NCBI RefSeq assembly: GCF_006345805.1 | Contig: NC_043024.1 | Span: 19,592,001 to 19,656,000 of the forward strand | Length of the DNA stretch: 64,000 nt | Source of the DNA: Octopus sinensis | Lineage: Eukaryota | Direction: 5' to 3' | In this document: positions 51,713 through 64,000 of the stretch, piece by piece | How positions within the stretch are numbered: position 1 is the first letter of the stretch | Layout of the letters: each line of letters begins with the position of its first letter | Program-made: the position numbers and the translations under genes | The notes under the pieces: model-generated | Databases searched by the model: none | Told to the model about the DNA's origin: nothing | What the model saw: only the letters and a program-made list of their open reading frames with translations

Positions 51713-52054
51713 TATATATATATATATATATCTTTTTGAAAATTACTTAATAGTTTTTAAGTATAAAATGGATTTTTAAAATTATTTTTTTTTAAATTGT
51801 AAAATCTTTTATCAAAATGTTATTGAACTCTTTGGAAGATGTTTTTTTCCCTAGTGTGAGCATTTTTTATTAATCTCTTCAAACAAGAAGGACGCATATG
51901 TGGTTCAAAATTGACAGCAATTGTAGTGATATATGTGTGTTTGTGTGTGTATGTGTGTGTGTGTGTATATATTTTATTCTTATGAAGTCCATAACACAAC
52001 CATTGCTTTTCCTGTGTGATCTCTTTTTCTTATAACAACTGAAGAATACGCATT

Positions 52055-52450
52055 TCTTACTCTTTTACTCTTACTTGTTTCAGTCATTTCACTGTGGCCA
52101 TGCTGGAGCACCACCTTTAATCGAGCAAATCGACCCTGGGACTTATTCTTTGTAAGCCCAGTACTTATTCTATCGGTCTCTTTTGCCGAACCGCTAAGTG
52201 ACGGGGACATAAACACACCAGCATCGGTTGTCAAGCAATGTTTCGGGGACAAACACAGACACACAAACACACACGCACACATATATATATACATATATAC
52301 GACGGGCTTCTTTCAGTTTCCGTCGACCAAATCCACTCACAAGGCTTTGGTCAGCCCAAGGTTATAGTAGAAGACACTTGCCCAAGGTGCCATGCAGTGG
52401 GACTGAACCCGGAACCATGTGGCTGGTAAGCAAGCTACTTACCACACACA
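52055..52450 (-). mobile_element. SINE family A
   Basis: Full head to tail on -. Confidence 0.9.
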
Positions 52451-53185
52451 CCACATTATTAGTCTCGCAATGCCTAAATAAAATATATATATATATATTT
52501 ATGTATGTATATATATTATATATGTTGAACAGTTAATCTCTACACATTTTTTACTCTCTCTGTTTTCTTTCATTCTCTCTCCATCCATTCTAGAGAAGAG
52601 CATCGGCTCATAATATCAAAGACTTTTCCATCCTTCCCAAGTGTCAAACTAATACACCTGTTTGTTGTTCCTGCCCCTTTCTTCATCTTCTGTTTCCCAT
52701 AAATTTGAACTATATATATGTTTTCTGAATTTGTGTGACTGTATATAGAATAATATTTCAGATGAATAAAGTTAAAACATGGTCTGGTTTTCACATTTTT
52801 TTATTACGGTATTTTAATATTAGAAAAATATTTTGTAATTTTTCATAAAGTTCAATTAGCACTTTCATACGTTCGTAGTAATCATCAGATTTCAAAATGC
52901 TTTTAACTGACAGATGAGTTCTTGACAACTGTAGTACCTCTTAGAATGCTCCAACAAGCTGAATTTTTGGATTCCGATTTTGACCAATCTGCATGCAGCT
53001 TAAACAGCATGGTTTATTGGGTGTACTGATATCCTGTAATTTGTTTATATTCATATGTTAGAGATATTTTTTAATCCACATCATTAACTGGTTGTTATAT
53101 TGTTGTCAGAACAGTTTTGAACATTCAGAACAGGTCTGAACATTTTAATAAAATCTTTTTCTTTTATCTTTCTTTCAATCTCACT

Positions 53186-53220
<35 letters not shown>

Positions 53221-53485
53221 ATACACACATGTATACATTGTCCAAATCAATTTCATTTGGATTCTGTGCTACTTCAAGTTTCAAAGCCTCAAATGGAGCC
53301 ACTCCTCAGACCAGTAAAAATCTGTATTTCCGATTTTGACCATCCTAAGGAGAGACTCCATTCATGGCTTCAAAACTTGAAGTAGCACAGAATCTGAATT
53401 AAACTGTTTCAAACAATACATGTAACTCTCAACAACTGTGTTGAGTGCCCTTTCCTTCACTAGTCCACTCACTCATGTATCAATA

Positions 53486-53529
<44 letters not shown>

Positions 53530-53930
53530 AAATTTAAAGGACTGTCCAGTGAGAGTGGACAGCCTATATGCTAAACATAGACGTCAAATCGCCATTTACC
53601 ATGAAGAATGTGTTCTCAAGAAAAATCTCAGCAAAAAAACAAATTGTAAAAATAAGCAACGCAAATGAAAATATATGAAATAAAAAACGATTACATATGT
53701 ACCATTGGTTTCACTTGTTAATATTTACGTATATGGACACGCAAACATCTGAAAGAACGTCAGCATAGTCTGTCGTTTACAAAACACAATTTCCACTTCT
53801 ATTGGTCAGTCCTTTAAATTTTGTATGTAACACAATATTTAATCTTCGGATTTTTAAAAAAATATGCTAGGCCACTGGTTTTAATTGATTAATATCAATT
53901 TCTATTCTACCCTTATTTAATTTTATATAT

Positions 53931-53980
<50 letters not shown>

Positions 53981-54311
53981 AGTAGGTAAATGAATTATCC
54001 TAGCATGGAAAATATTGTCCCCTATCTATTTTACTACTTCCTCCTTCTACCCATTTTTGACGTCAATGCTTATAACGGATTTTTTTGATAAAACACTCAT
54101 TATCACTGTGGTCACCATGTAGGCAATCATCAAAATTTTTTGTTCGTCTTGTGGCTGAGAGAGGCTCCTTATCTTTCCTGAGGAGAAGATTGCATAATGC
54201 ACCCTTTATTCCATCGGAATAAAAGTATGCTGTCTTCAAAACATGTGTCGAGAGTAAAGGAATTTTGTTAACATCTTCATTTGACTCCATTCTTTCATTT
54301 ATATATATATA

Positions 54312-54356
<45 letters not shown>

Positions 54357-54665
54357 TTTCTTTTCTGCAATTACTTGGTAAACATTGCCAAATTTTACAA
54401 TTCTATAAATAATAATAATTATATTTATAAGCTGAAAGCTTATAGTCGATCACTGTGCATTGACTAAGGTAAATAGTCTCTAAGGCCTCAACAGCAAAAA
54501 GTAGGATTTGCTGTACACATCGGACTGATACAGATGGACAGAACTGCAAATTGCCTTTTCAGTGATATATGTACATGAAATATGTGATACATATTTAAGG
54601 TTCTTGTTGCTGTTATTGTCAAATATATTCATTTGTTTTATCCAAGATTCTTTGATTCGTTTCAG

Positions 54666-54956
54666 TGTTCTTACGTGAATTTAACAAGGAACCCGAAGAC
54701 ATGACCGTTCAGTTAGGGGACCGTGCCAAACTAGCATGCAGTCCACCCCACAGTGTGCCACCGGCCACAGTCACATGGTACAAGGACAATAAAAAGATAG
54801 ACTTCAATTCTGACTTCCTGCCAGAAGACAGTGACTGGGATATGAAATTTGAGAGTGTACGCTACGACGATTCTGGGGAATATTTCTGTGTCGCCTTCAA
54901 TAATTACACTTTACCGCAAACACGGACATCTCTGACTGCCATCTTATCAGTTGTGG
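54666..54956 (+). CDS. Internal coding exon, Ig domain 3 of (most likely) the same IgSF gene
   Basis: Acceptor tttcAG at 54664-65 and donor GTaagt at 54957; 291 nt, phase 1-1. (V)FLREFNKEPEDMTVQLGDRAKLAC...SVPPATVTWYKDN...DDSGEYFCVAFNN. Linkage to the upstream exons across the 40-kb intron is inferred from strand, phase and domain type. Confidence 0.85.
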
Positions 54957-55071
54957 GTAAGTCTCCTGGGTGTTTCTTGAATTTTTTATTTAGTTTTTAA
55001 TTTCCCTCTCTCTCTCTCCATTTTCCCCCTCTATCTCTCACTGCTTCTTTCTTTGTCTCTCTCTCTCCCTC

Positions 55072-55640
55072 TTTTACTCTTTTACTCTTTTACTTGTTTC
55101 AGTCATTTGACTGCGGCCATGCTGGAGCACCACCTTTAATCAAGCAACTCGACCCCGGTACTTATTCTTTTGTAAGCCCAGTGCTTATTCTATCGGTCTC
55201 TTTTGCCGAACCGCTAAGTAACGGGGACATAAACACACCAGCATCAGTTGTCAAGCAATGCTAGGGGGACAAACACAGACACACACACACACACACACAC
55301 ACGCATATATATACATATATACGACGGGCTTCTTTCAGTTTCTGTCTACCAAATCCACTCACAAGGCATTGGTCGGCCCGGGGACGTAAACACACCAGCA
55401 TCGGTTGTCAAGCAATGCTAGGGGGAAAAACACAGATACACAAACACACACACGCATACATATATATATATACATATATACAGCAGGCTTCTTTCAGTTT
55501 CCATCTACCAAATCCACTCACAAGGCTTTGGTTGGCCCGAGACTATAGTAGAAGACACTTGCCCAAGGTGCCACGCAGTGGGACTGAACCCGGAACCATG
55601 TGGTTGGTAAACAAGCTACTTACCACACAGCCACTCCTTC
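55072..55640 (-). mobile_element. SINE family A with internal duplication
   Basis: The aaacacaccagcatc...ggcccg segment occurs twice. Confidence 0.85.
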
Positions 55641-56088
55641 GCCTCTGTCTGTTTCTTTTTCTTTCTTGCTCTCTCTTTCTCCTTCTTTCATTCTACCCCT
55701 TTCGTTCTTGCTTCCTTTTCTTGCTTTTTTCTCTCTCTCTCTCTTTCATACTCCTGTCTTGTCCTTTCTCTCTCTTTTCTCTCTTCAATTCCCAGTTTTA
55801 CTCTCTTTTTCTTCCACTCACATTCTCTCTCTCTTTCTCTTTCTTTCTCTCTCTCTTTCTCTTTCTTTCTTTCTTTCTATCTTTTTTTCTCTCTCTCTTT
55901 CTCTCTCTTTCTCTTTCTTTCTTTCTCTCTCTCTTTCTCTTTCTCTTTCTTTCTCTCTCTCTTCCTCTTCCTCTTTCTTTCTTTCTATCTTTTTTCTCTC
56001 TCTCTCTTTCTCTTTCTTTCTCTTTTTCTCTTTCTCTCTCTTTCTCTCTCTCTCTTTCTCTTTCTCTCTCTTTCTCTCTCTCTCTCCT

Positions 56089-56152
<64 letters not shown>

Positions 56153-56160
56153 CTCTCTCA
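55640..56160. repeat. (CT)/(CTTT)-rich microsatellite
   Basis: Visible. Confidence 0.95.
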
Positions 56161-56450
56161 ATTCATTACCTTCGTCTTTGTTAATTTCGTGAATAATGAA
56201 TAACTAAAATAATTCTCTCGTTATTAAACTCATATAACAATTAACATGAAATTATGATGAAAGGTTTTAATTTGGATTAACTTAAAATGAGACATATGAA
56301 TCATAGAACCAAAAGGGGTTTCAGACCGTTGGTACCAAAAGTGTTAACAGTAGAATCATTCGCGCAGAGGACAAAATGTATTGTAAGTTCAAATTCAGCC
56401 AAATCATCTTTGCTTTTCATCTTTTTAGACTTGATATATAATACCAGGCC

Positions 56451-56851
56451 GTGGAGGCACAATGGCCCAGTGGTTAGGGCAGCGGACTCGCGGTCATAGG
56501 ATCATGGTCATAGGATCGCGGTTTCGATTCCCAGATCGGGTGTTGTGAGTGTTTATTGAGCGAAAACACCTAAAAGCTCCACGAGGCTCCGGCAGGGGAT
56601 GGTGGTGATCCCTTCTGTACTCTTTCACCACAACTTTCTCTCACTCTTACTTCCTGTTTCTGTTGTACCTGTATTTCAAAGGGCCGGCCTTGTCACTCTC
56701 TGTGTCACGCTAAATATCCCCGAGAACTACATTAAGGGTACGCGTGTCTGTGGAGTGCTCAGCCACTTACACGTTAATTTCATGAGCAGGCTGTTCCGTT
56801 GATTCGGATCAACCGGAACCCTCATCGTCGTAACCGACGGAGTGCTTCCAC
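56451..56851 (+). mobile_element. tRNA-derived SINE family C with 11-bp TSD AATACCAGGCC
   Basis: TSD at 56440-50 and 56852-62. Confidence 0.9.
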
Positions 56852-58687
56852 AATACCAGGCCAGAGTGCTGGATTAATGGAATTGGTAGGGCATTGGATG
56901 AGGTGCTCCCCTGCATTAATTCCAACCATTTTGGGTTTGGCGTTTTGGGGTTAGTTCAAGGATATTTGCCTTAACAAGAAAGCAAAACAAAAAAACCACA
57001 CACACACACACACATCGAGAACATAATTAAAAATGCAAATATAGGGAAGGAAAGGGGAAATATATTTGACTTCATTAATGTTGTGGTATGTTAATTGTCA
57101 TTTGAGTCGTTAGCATTTAAAACGGTTACATCCATCCCTAATACAAGATGCATTGCAAAGGGTTTTTGGTTCAGCAAAAGACACCAATAGAAAAAAGTAC
57201 TAGACTCTAGATAAACAAGTACTGGTGAGGGAAGGGCTCAATCTCATCATCATCATTTAACGTCTGCTTTCCATGCTAGCATGGGTTGGACGATTTTGAT
57301 TTAGGACTGGTGAACCAGATGGTGAACCAGATGGCTGCACCAGGCTCTAATCTGATCTGGCATAGTTTCTACAGCTTGATGCCCTTCCTAACGCCAACGA
57401 CTCTGAAAGTGTAATGGGTGCTTTTTACATGCCACCGACATCGGGGCCAGTCAGGTGGTACTGGCAATGACCTTGCTCGAATCTTTTTATACATGCCACC
57501 AGCACAGGTGCCAGTAAGGCAATGCTGGTAATGATCACGGTCGAATGGTACCTTTTATGTGCCACTGGCACAGAAGCCAGTTAGCCGCTCTGGCAACGAT
57601 CATGCTCAGATGGTGCTCTTGGCACCCTACTAGCATGGGCATCACTCATCATCATCATCATCATCATCGTTTAACGTCCGTTCTCCATGCTAGCATGGGT
57701 TGGACGGTTCGACCGGGGTCTGGGAAGCCAGGAGGCTGCACCAGGCTCCAGTCTTATCTGGCAATGTTTCTACAGCTGGATGCCCTTCCTAACGCCAACC
57801 ACTCCGTGAGTGTAGTGGGTGATTTTTACGTGCCACCTGCACTGGTGCCAGGCGAGGCTGGCATCGGCCACGATTTGGATGGTGCATTTTATGTGCCACC
57901 GGCACGGAAGACAGTCGGGGCGGCGCTGGCATCGGCCACGAGTCGGATAGTGCTTTTTAAAACTCTTCAAGGCATTGTTCCAGCTTGGCCACAGTCCAAT
58001 AACTGAAATTAGTAGAAGATAAAGGTAAGCAATTTTAGATTTTCCATTCTCACTGGTATTGTTATGAATAATCCTTTAACAAGAAATTCCTGGGAAAATG
58101 CATTATAAAGCAGAAAATATTGAAAAACGAAAAAATAGGAAAGGAATGCAATTTGTTTAAAATGTTTGGGTGTATCAGTTAGTTCTTGCCATCCCCGCCC
58201 ACCACCACTAAAAACTGCAACAGCAGAAGTAATTAAAATCTAATGCTAGCTGGAAAAAAAGAAATCCCTAGAAAATGGAATTTCTACATAATAATTTACT
58301 TATTTTTGTATACATGTGCATATATACATACATATATATATCTACACATACATGTATATATATATAAATACATATGCCCATACACAAATATATCTGTTCA
58401 CACGCACATTCTCAAATATGTGTGTGTGTGCAAAGAGCAGATGAATAAACATATATATATAAAATAATATATATATTATTCAGAACAGATTAATATGATA
58501 TATTAATATATTACATTATTAATATATATATACAATAACAAACATATGAACGCACACAACATATATATATATAATATTTATAGAATATTAATATATCATA
58601 TATCATTAGTTTAATACAATATACATTATATATAAGTAATAACAAATGAATGAACCCACACACATCTGTGTCACTCTCTCTCCTCTC

Positions 58688-58720
<33 letters not shown>

Positions 58721-59001
58721 TATTCATTCAATTTTTATGAGCATCTATAGCCTAATAGTAAACACACCACACACACACACATGCACATGTGCACACACAT
58801 ATGTATATATACACAAGCAACGAACAAAGGAATAGAGATGTCTTCAACACAGTAATTATATATATATATACATACATACACACATACACACACACACACA
58901 TACATATATACATACATACATGCATGCATACATACATACATACATACATACACACACATATATACATACATACACACACACACATACATACACACATACA
59001 T

Positions 59002-59034
<33 letters not shown>

Positions 59035-60449
59035 TACATACATGCATGCATACATACATAAATACATACATACATATATATATAAATACACACACACATA
59101 CATACAAATGACAAAGGGATGATTAGCATATATGTATGTGTGTGCATAAATATATATATATATATATATATAGAAAGAGAGAGAGAGAGAGACATATATA
59201 TATTTTCATACACACACATCCACATAAACAAATACAATGTGAATAGATTAAAGCAGAATTATTATTTCTTCCTCTACAGCATTCTATATTTCCATCATTG
59301 GATTTGGTTTATCTCGCAGATACATATTTCTTACTGCAGTGACATTTATGAAGAGCACGTTCTATTATCGGAATGATATATAAACATCGCAAAAATATTG
59401 ATAAACAATCTGTTTTTCCTTATTTATTTTTTTGAGTATATAGTGTACCGTCTTTTTTTATTATTTATATTCTGTTTTATTGTGTTTGGTATTCTTTTTA
59501 ATTCTCTTCAATTCGGTTGAATAAATTTTCACTGCATTAAACTATATCATATTTGCAAAAATATTTTGTTTAAATATGGAGTTCTGCTACGGAACTTTTG
59601 CCTGAGAGGAAATTCAAGTTTGTGTTCTCATAAATCACTGTTCGAAACGTAAAGATTAGAGGCCAGCAGATGAAAAGAGACATTGAGATGAAACAAATGA
59701 GGTCAGAATAGCCATTTGTAATTTATCTACGAAACATTATTCTGTCGAAGTTTTCATTGGAAGAAAATAACAGCAGGTTTTTATCTTTAGACGACTAAGT
59801 TATTAGAACTGACTTACAGACCAAGAGAGGCAGGTGGGAAACAGGAATGGCTGTGTGGTTAAGGAAAATTGGATCCAAGTTCAGTCCTACAGTATTGCAG
59901 ATTGGTGAAAGGGTCTTCTTAGTTTTGTTGAGTTTTCATTAAAAATATCTGTGGTTTTGGAGGTCTTTTGGTGGTGGTGGTGGGGCTATCTTCAGACAAA
60001 GAAGCGTTGACTGATTTACAGAGAAAATGAGGGGCAGAAATTACTGTGTCGTGAAGAAGTTTGACTCACAATAATTGTGTCATCATCATCGTCATCATCA
60101 TCATTGTCATCATCATTATCATTATTGACCGTAGCCAGCACCGCATTGACTGGCCTCCATGCTGGTGGCACGTAACAAACACCGTCCGATCGTGGCCGTT
60201 GCCAGCCTCTCCTGGCCTCCATGCCGGTGGCACATAAAAAGCACCATTTGAGCGTGGCCGTTGCCAGTACTGCCTGACTGGCCCTCGTGCTGGGGGCATG
60301 TAAAAGCACTCACTACACTCTCGGAGTGGTTGGCGTCTGGTTTGCCAGTCCTCAGTCAAATCGTCTAACCCATGTTAGCACGGAAAGCGGACGTTAAACG
60401 ACGACGACGATGATGATGATGATGATAATGATGATGATGATTTCTGTTG

Positions 60450-62160
60450 AAATAAACATCCTTGCTTTTGTTTCAATTAATTTTCAAGAAAATGAAGAAT
60501 TTAATAAAAGGATTTTGTTATAATTAGGCTCATCCCTTGAACATAACTTAACATGAAATTTTGATGGTAGGTTCTAGTTTAAGGCACTTTAAAGTAGGAA
60601 GTGTGTATTACAGAGTGACAAATGATCTCGGTAGCATTGGCATCAGAAGGGTTACAGTAATCTAAATCAAAACCTTTTACCAAAATTGCATATTTGTTCC
60701 AAAACACCTGCTGAAGAATGACAGAATATTTCTCTCTAAATTAATTATTCTTAAAGATTAATTGAAACAAAAGTAATGTTTTTCAAAAGAAACATGGTAT
60801 CAAAAGGATGAAGCGTTTTGATACGAATGCACCTGAGACTATCCCTGGCTCTGCTCTGTGATGCAAACTTTCTGTTCTAATGGAATTTGAATTAAAATCA
60901 TCCATCAAAATTTCAAGCTGATTTATGCTCCAATCACCAAATAATTAATAATGACAAATTTATTTTACTAAATTCTTTATTATTTTTCAAAATTAATCAA
61001 AAGAAATGTAGTGTATGAGAAATATTGTAATGAAAGGATTAACCTTTTTTTTTGGTACCAAATCACTTTAGACAATCCCTAACTCTATCGTAAAACTTTC
61101 TATTTTAAATGGATCTGGAATCCCAAATTTCCACCAAAACTCCATGCGAATTTATGTTCTAAAACACCACATTAGCGATAACAAAGTTATTCTTCATAAT
61201 TTTTATAATTAGTTGCAACAAAGCCAGAATATTTCTATACAAATATGGTAACAAATGTGTTAAAGTGATCTATATTTAAAAACTTATACATCAAAATTTC
61301 ATTTTAATTTATGCTTCAAGCACCAGATTAGTTAATACTAACAAAGTTATTTTACTAAATTCCTCATTATTTCTAAAATTATTTTAAACAAAGCCAGAAT
61401 ATTTCTATACAAATATGGTAACAAAAGTGTTAAAGTGATCTATATTTAAAAACTGATATATCAAAATTTCATTTTAATTTATGCTTCAAGTACCAGATTA
61501 GTTAATACTAACAAAGTTATTTTACTAAATTCCTCATTATTTCTAAAATTATTTGAAACAAATCCAGTGAATTTCAATAGAAATATGGTAACGGAACAGT
61601 TGATGGGATCTGAATTAAAACCTTCTATCCAAATTACATGTCAATTTATGTTTCAAACACTACATTATTTCAAACAAAGTTATTTTCCTTAATCTTTCAT
61701 GTTTTTTCAAATTAAATGTAACAAAACCAGTTCATTTCAGGTTAATTTACATTTGAAACTCCAGATTAATTAATTAATAACAAAGTTATTTCATTAAATT
61801 CTTTATTGTTTCTAAAATTAATTGTAGCAATGGCAGTGTATCTCAATAGTAGTATGGTAACAAAAGGGTTAAAGTGATCTCAATGAAAACCATCTATCCA
61901 AACTTCATGTGAATTTATGTATGAAACACCAAAACACCAGATTAAGTATTGATCATAAAGTTCTCTTGTGTCTGGGGAGAGTCAGTTTCTTTTTGTGCCT
62001 TATAATGTAACATACTCACTGGTTAAAATTTCCACTTATTTTTTTTTCCTAAAATTTTCGTTGCATCTTCCAGCCTTTTCAATAGTCTTGACTCTATCCG
62101 ATAATAAAGTTATTTTTCTAAATTCTTTATTATTTCTAAAATTATTTGAAACAAAGGCAG
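60450..62160. repeat. AT-rich satellite of about 170-bp unit, diverged
   Basis: ACAAA(G/T)CCAG at 61218, 61388 and 61558 (period 170); 61218-61557 is a near-identical pair of units. Confidence 0.8.
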
Positions 62161-62162
62161 TA

Positions 62163-62353
62163 TAGGCGCAGGAGTGGCTGTGTGGTAAGTAGCTTGTTTA
62201 CCAACCACATGGTTCCGGGTTCAGTCCCACTGCATGGCACCTTGGGCAAGTGTCTTCTACTATAGCCTCGGGCCGACCAAAGCCTTGTGAGTGGATTTGG
62301 CAGGCAGAAAAAGAAGCCCATCGTATATATATATATGTATGTATATATATATA

Positions 62354-62411
<58 letters not shown>

Positions 62412-62635
62412 ATATGTTTGTGTGTCTGTGTTTGTGCCCCCAACATCGCTTGACAACTGATGGTGGTGTGTTTATATCCCCGTAACTTAGCGGTTCGGCA
62501 AAAGAGACCAATAGAATAAGTACTAGGCTTACAAAGAATAAGTACTGGGGTCGATGTGCTCGACTAAAGGCGGTGCTCCAGCATGGCCGCAGTCAAATGA
62601 CTGAAACAAATAAAAGAATAAAAGAATAAAAGAAT
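62163..62635 (+). mobile_element. SINE family A
   Basis: Full head to tail. Confidence 0.9.
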
Positions 62636-62884
62636 ACCAGGATTGGAGATATTTCTATGTAAAGAGTAAATATTATCAGGAATTATATAAAAAAATTCAA
62701 TATTTTGTTCCATTGTGGAAGTAGAACCTGTTTATTGCTCATAAATTTTAGCAACATCTTATGTGGACCCTTCCCCCCACCCCGAGTCATATAGACCCCA
62801 GTTGAGAGCCACTGTACGATAGGCACACGCCCTGAAATTTTTGTGAAAGGAGTAACAAAATTACATCAACTGAAGTATTTTACC

Positions 62885-64000
62885 TATCTATCCGCCCAGT
62901 CAAAGTCAACTCTCGGTTACTCGTTGGATCAGTGTCCTCCAGTCAGTTCTATCCTGGGCCGCTTCTTTCAGATTAGCTATGTCCATTCCGGTATCACTCT
63001 TGATGGTGTCAAGCCAGCGGGTTCTTGGTCGGCCTCTTCCTCTCTTGCCACTGACCATTCCGTATATATATATATATCTATCCGCCCAGTCAAAGTCGAC
63101 TCTCGGTTACTCGTTGGATCAGTGTCCTCCAGTCAGTTCTATCCTGGGCCGCTTCTTTCAGATTAGCTATGTCCATTCCGGTATCACTCTTGATGGTGTC
63201 AAGCCAGCGGGTTCTTGGTCGGCCTCTTCCTCTCTTGCCACTGACCATTCCGTATATATATATATATCTATCCGCCCAGTCAAAGTCGACTCTCGTTACT
63301 CGTTGGATCAGTGTCCTCCAGTCAGTTCTATCCTGGGCCGCTTCTTTCAGATTAGCTATGTCCATTCCGGTATCACTCTTGATGGTGTCAAGCCAGCGGG
63401 TTCTTGGTCGGCCTCTCCTCTCTTGCCACTGACCATTCCGTATATATATATATATCTATCCGCCCAGTCAAAGTCGACTCTCGGTTACTCGTGGATCAGT
63501 GTCCTCCAGTCAGTTCTATCCTGGGCCGCTTCTTTCAGTTTAGCTATGTCCATTCCGGTATCACTCTTGATGGTGTCAAGCCAGGGGTTCTTGGTCGGCC
63601 TCTTCCTCTCTTGCCACTGACCATTCCGTATATATATATATATCTATCCGCCCAGTCAAAGTCGACTCTCGGTTACTCGTTGGATCAGTGTCCTCCGGTC
63701 AGTTCTATCCTGGGCCGCTTCTTTCAGTTTAGCTATGTCCATTCCGTATCACTCTTGATGGTGTCAAGCCAGCGGGTTCTTGGTCGGCTCTTCCTCTCTT
63801 GCCACTGACCATTCCGTATATATATATATATATCTATCCGCCCAGTCAAAGTCGACTCTCGGTTACTCTTGGATCAGTGTCCTCCAGTCAGTTCTATCCT
63901 GGGCCGCTTCTTTCAGATTAGCTATGTCCATTCCGGTATCACTCTTGATGGTGTCAAGCCAGGGGTTCTTGGTCGGCCTCTTCCTCTCTTGCCACTGACC
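62885..64000 (-). repeat. Tandem array (188-190-bp unit, at least 5.9 copies, runs off the window) of an RTE/BovB-like LINE 3' end
   Basis: TCCGCCCAGT at 62891, 63081, 63271, 63459, 63647 and 63837. On - the unit encodes GMVSGKRGRGRPRTRWLDTIKSDTGMDIANLKEAAQDRTDWRTLIQRVTESRL; units are joined by (TA)n. Confidence 0.95.

Noticed and set aside
11928-54956. Assigning a gene symbol (robo, ptk7/otk, cdon, dscam)
   Set aside because: Motifs are shared across these families and three Ig domains are insufficient without a database search.
59598-59655. CCTGAGAG...TTCGAAACGTA as another hammerhead
   Set aside because: The core is defective and stems I and II do not pair convincingly; at best a very old relic.
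62885-64000. Regular direct repeats resembling a CRISPR array
   Set aside because: Units are about 190 bp, identical throughout with no unique spacers, encode a LINE C-terminus, and the context is eukaryotic with no cas genes.

Overview
AT-rich, repeat-saturated animal genomic DNA. The SINE families, microsatellite load and TE mix suggest an octopod cephalopod (inference). There are no prokaryotic features and no CRISPR. The only supportable host coding sequence is three symmetric phase-1 exons on + (11928-12209, 14319-14630, 54666-54956). Each encodes one I-set Ig domain of an IgSF adhesion/axon-guidance-type receptor, and exons 2 and 3 are separated by a 40-kb intron; the gene's start and end lie outside the window. 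The rest is about 30 copies of one tRNA-derived SINE, other SINE families, relics of RTE, R4/Dong, CR1, HERO-like and Penelope retroelements, mariner/maT/pogo/piggyBac-type DNA elements, non-autonomous Helitrons, satellites and very long microsatellites. The most striking signal is a 518-bp near-perfect palindrome (42460-42977, about 257-bp arms, 3-nt spacer). Each arm carries an intact type I hammerhead ribozyme core (CUGAAGA, 11-bp stem II, GAAAC, palindromic ACACGUGU stem III, GUA site) of the Penelope/retrozyme dimeric type. Several decayed hammerhead motifs lie nearby (41312-41543, 51162-51197, 52588-52623) and a Penelope GIY-YIG relic sits at about 3370-4270. Also notable are a young 190-bp satellite built from an RTE LINE 3' end (62885-64000), a mariner derivative with two 5' ends, and a Helitron with a duplicated 5' end. 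Coordinates were counted by hand and may be off by a few bases for degenerate repeats.
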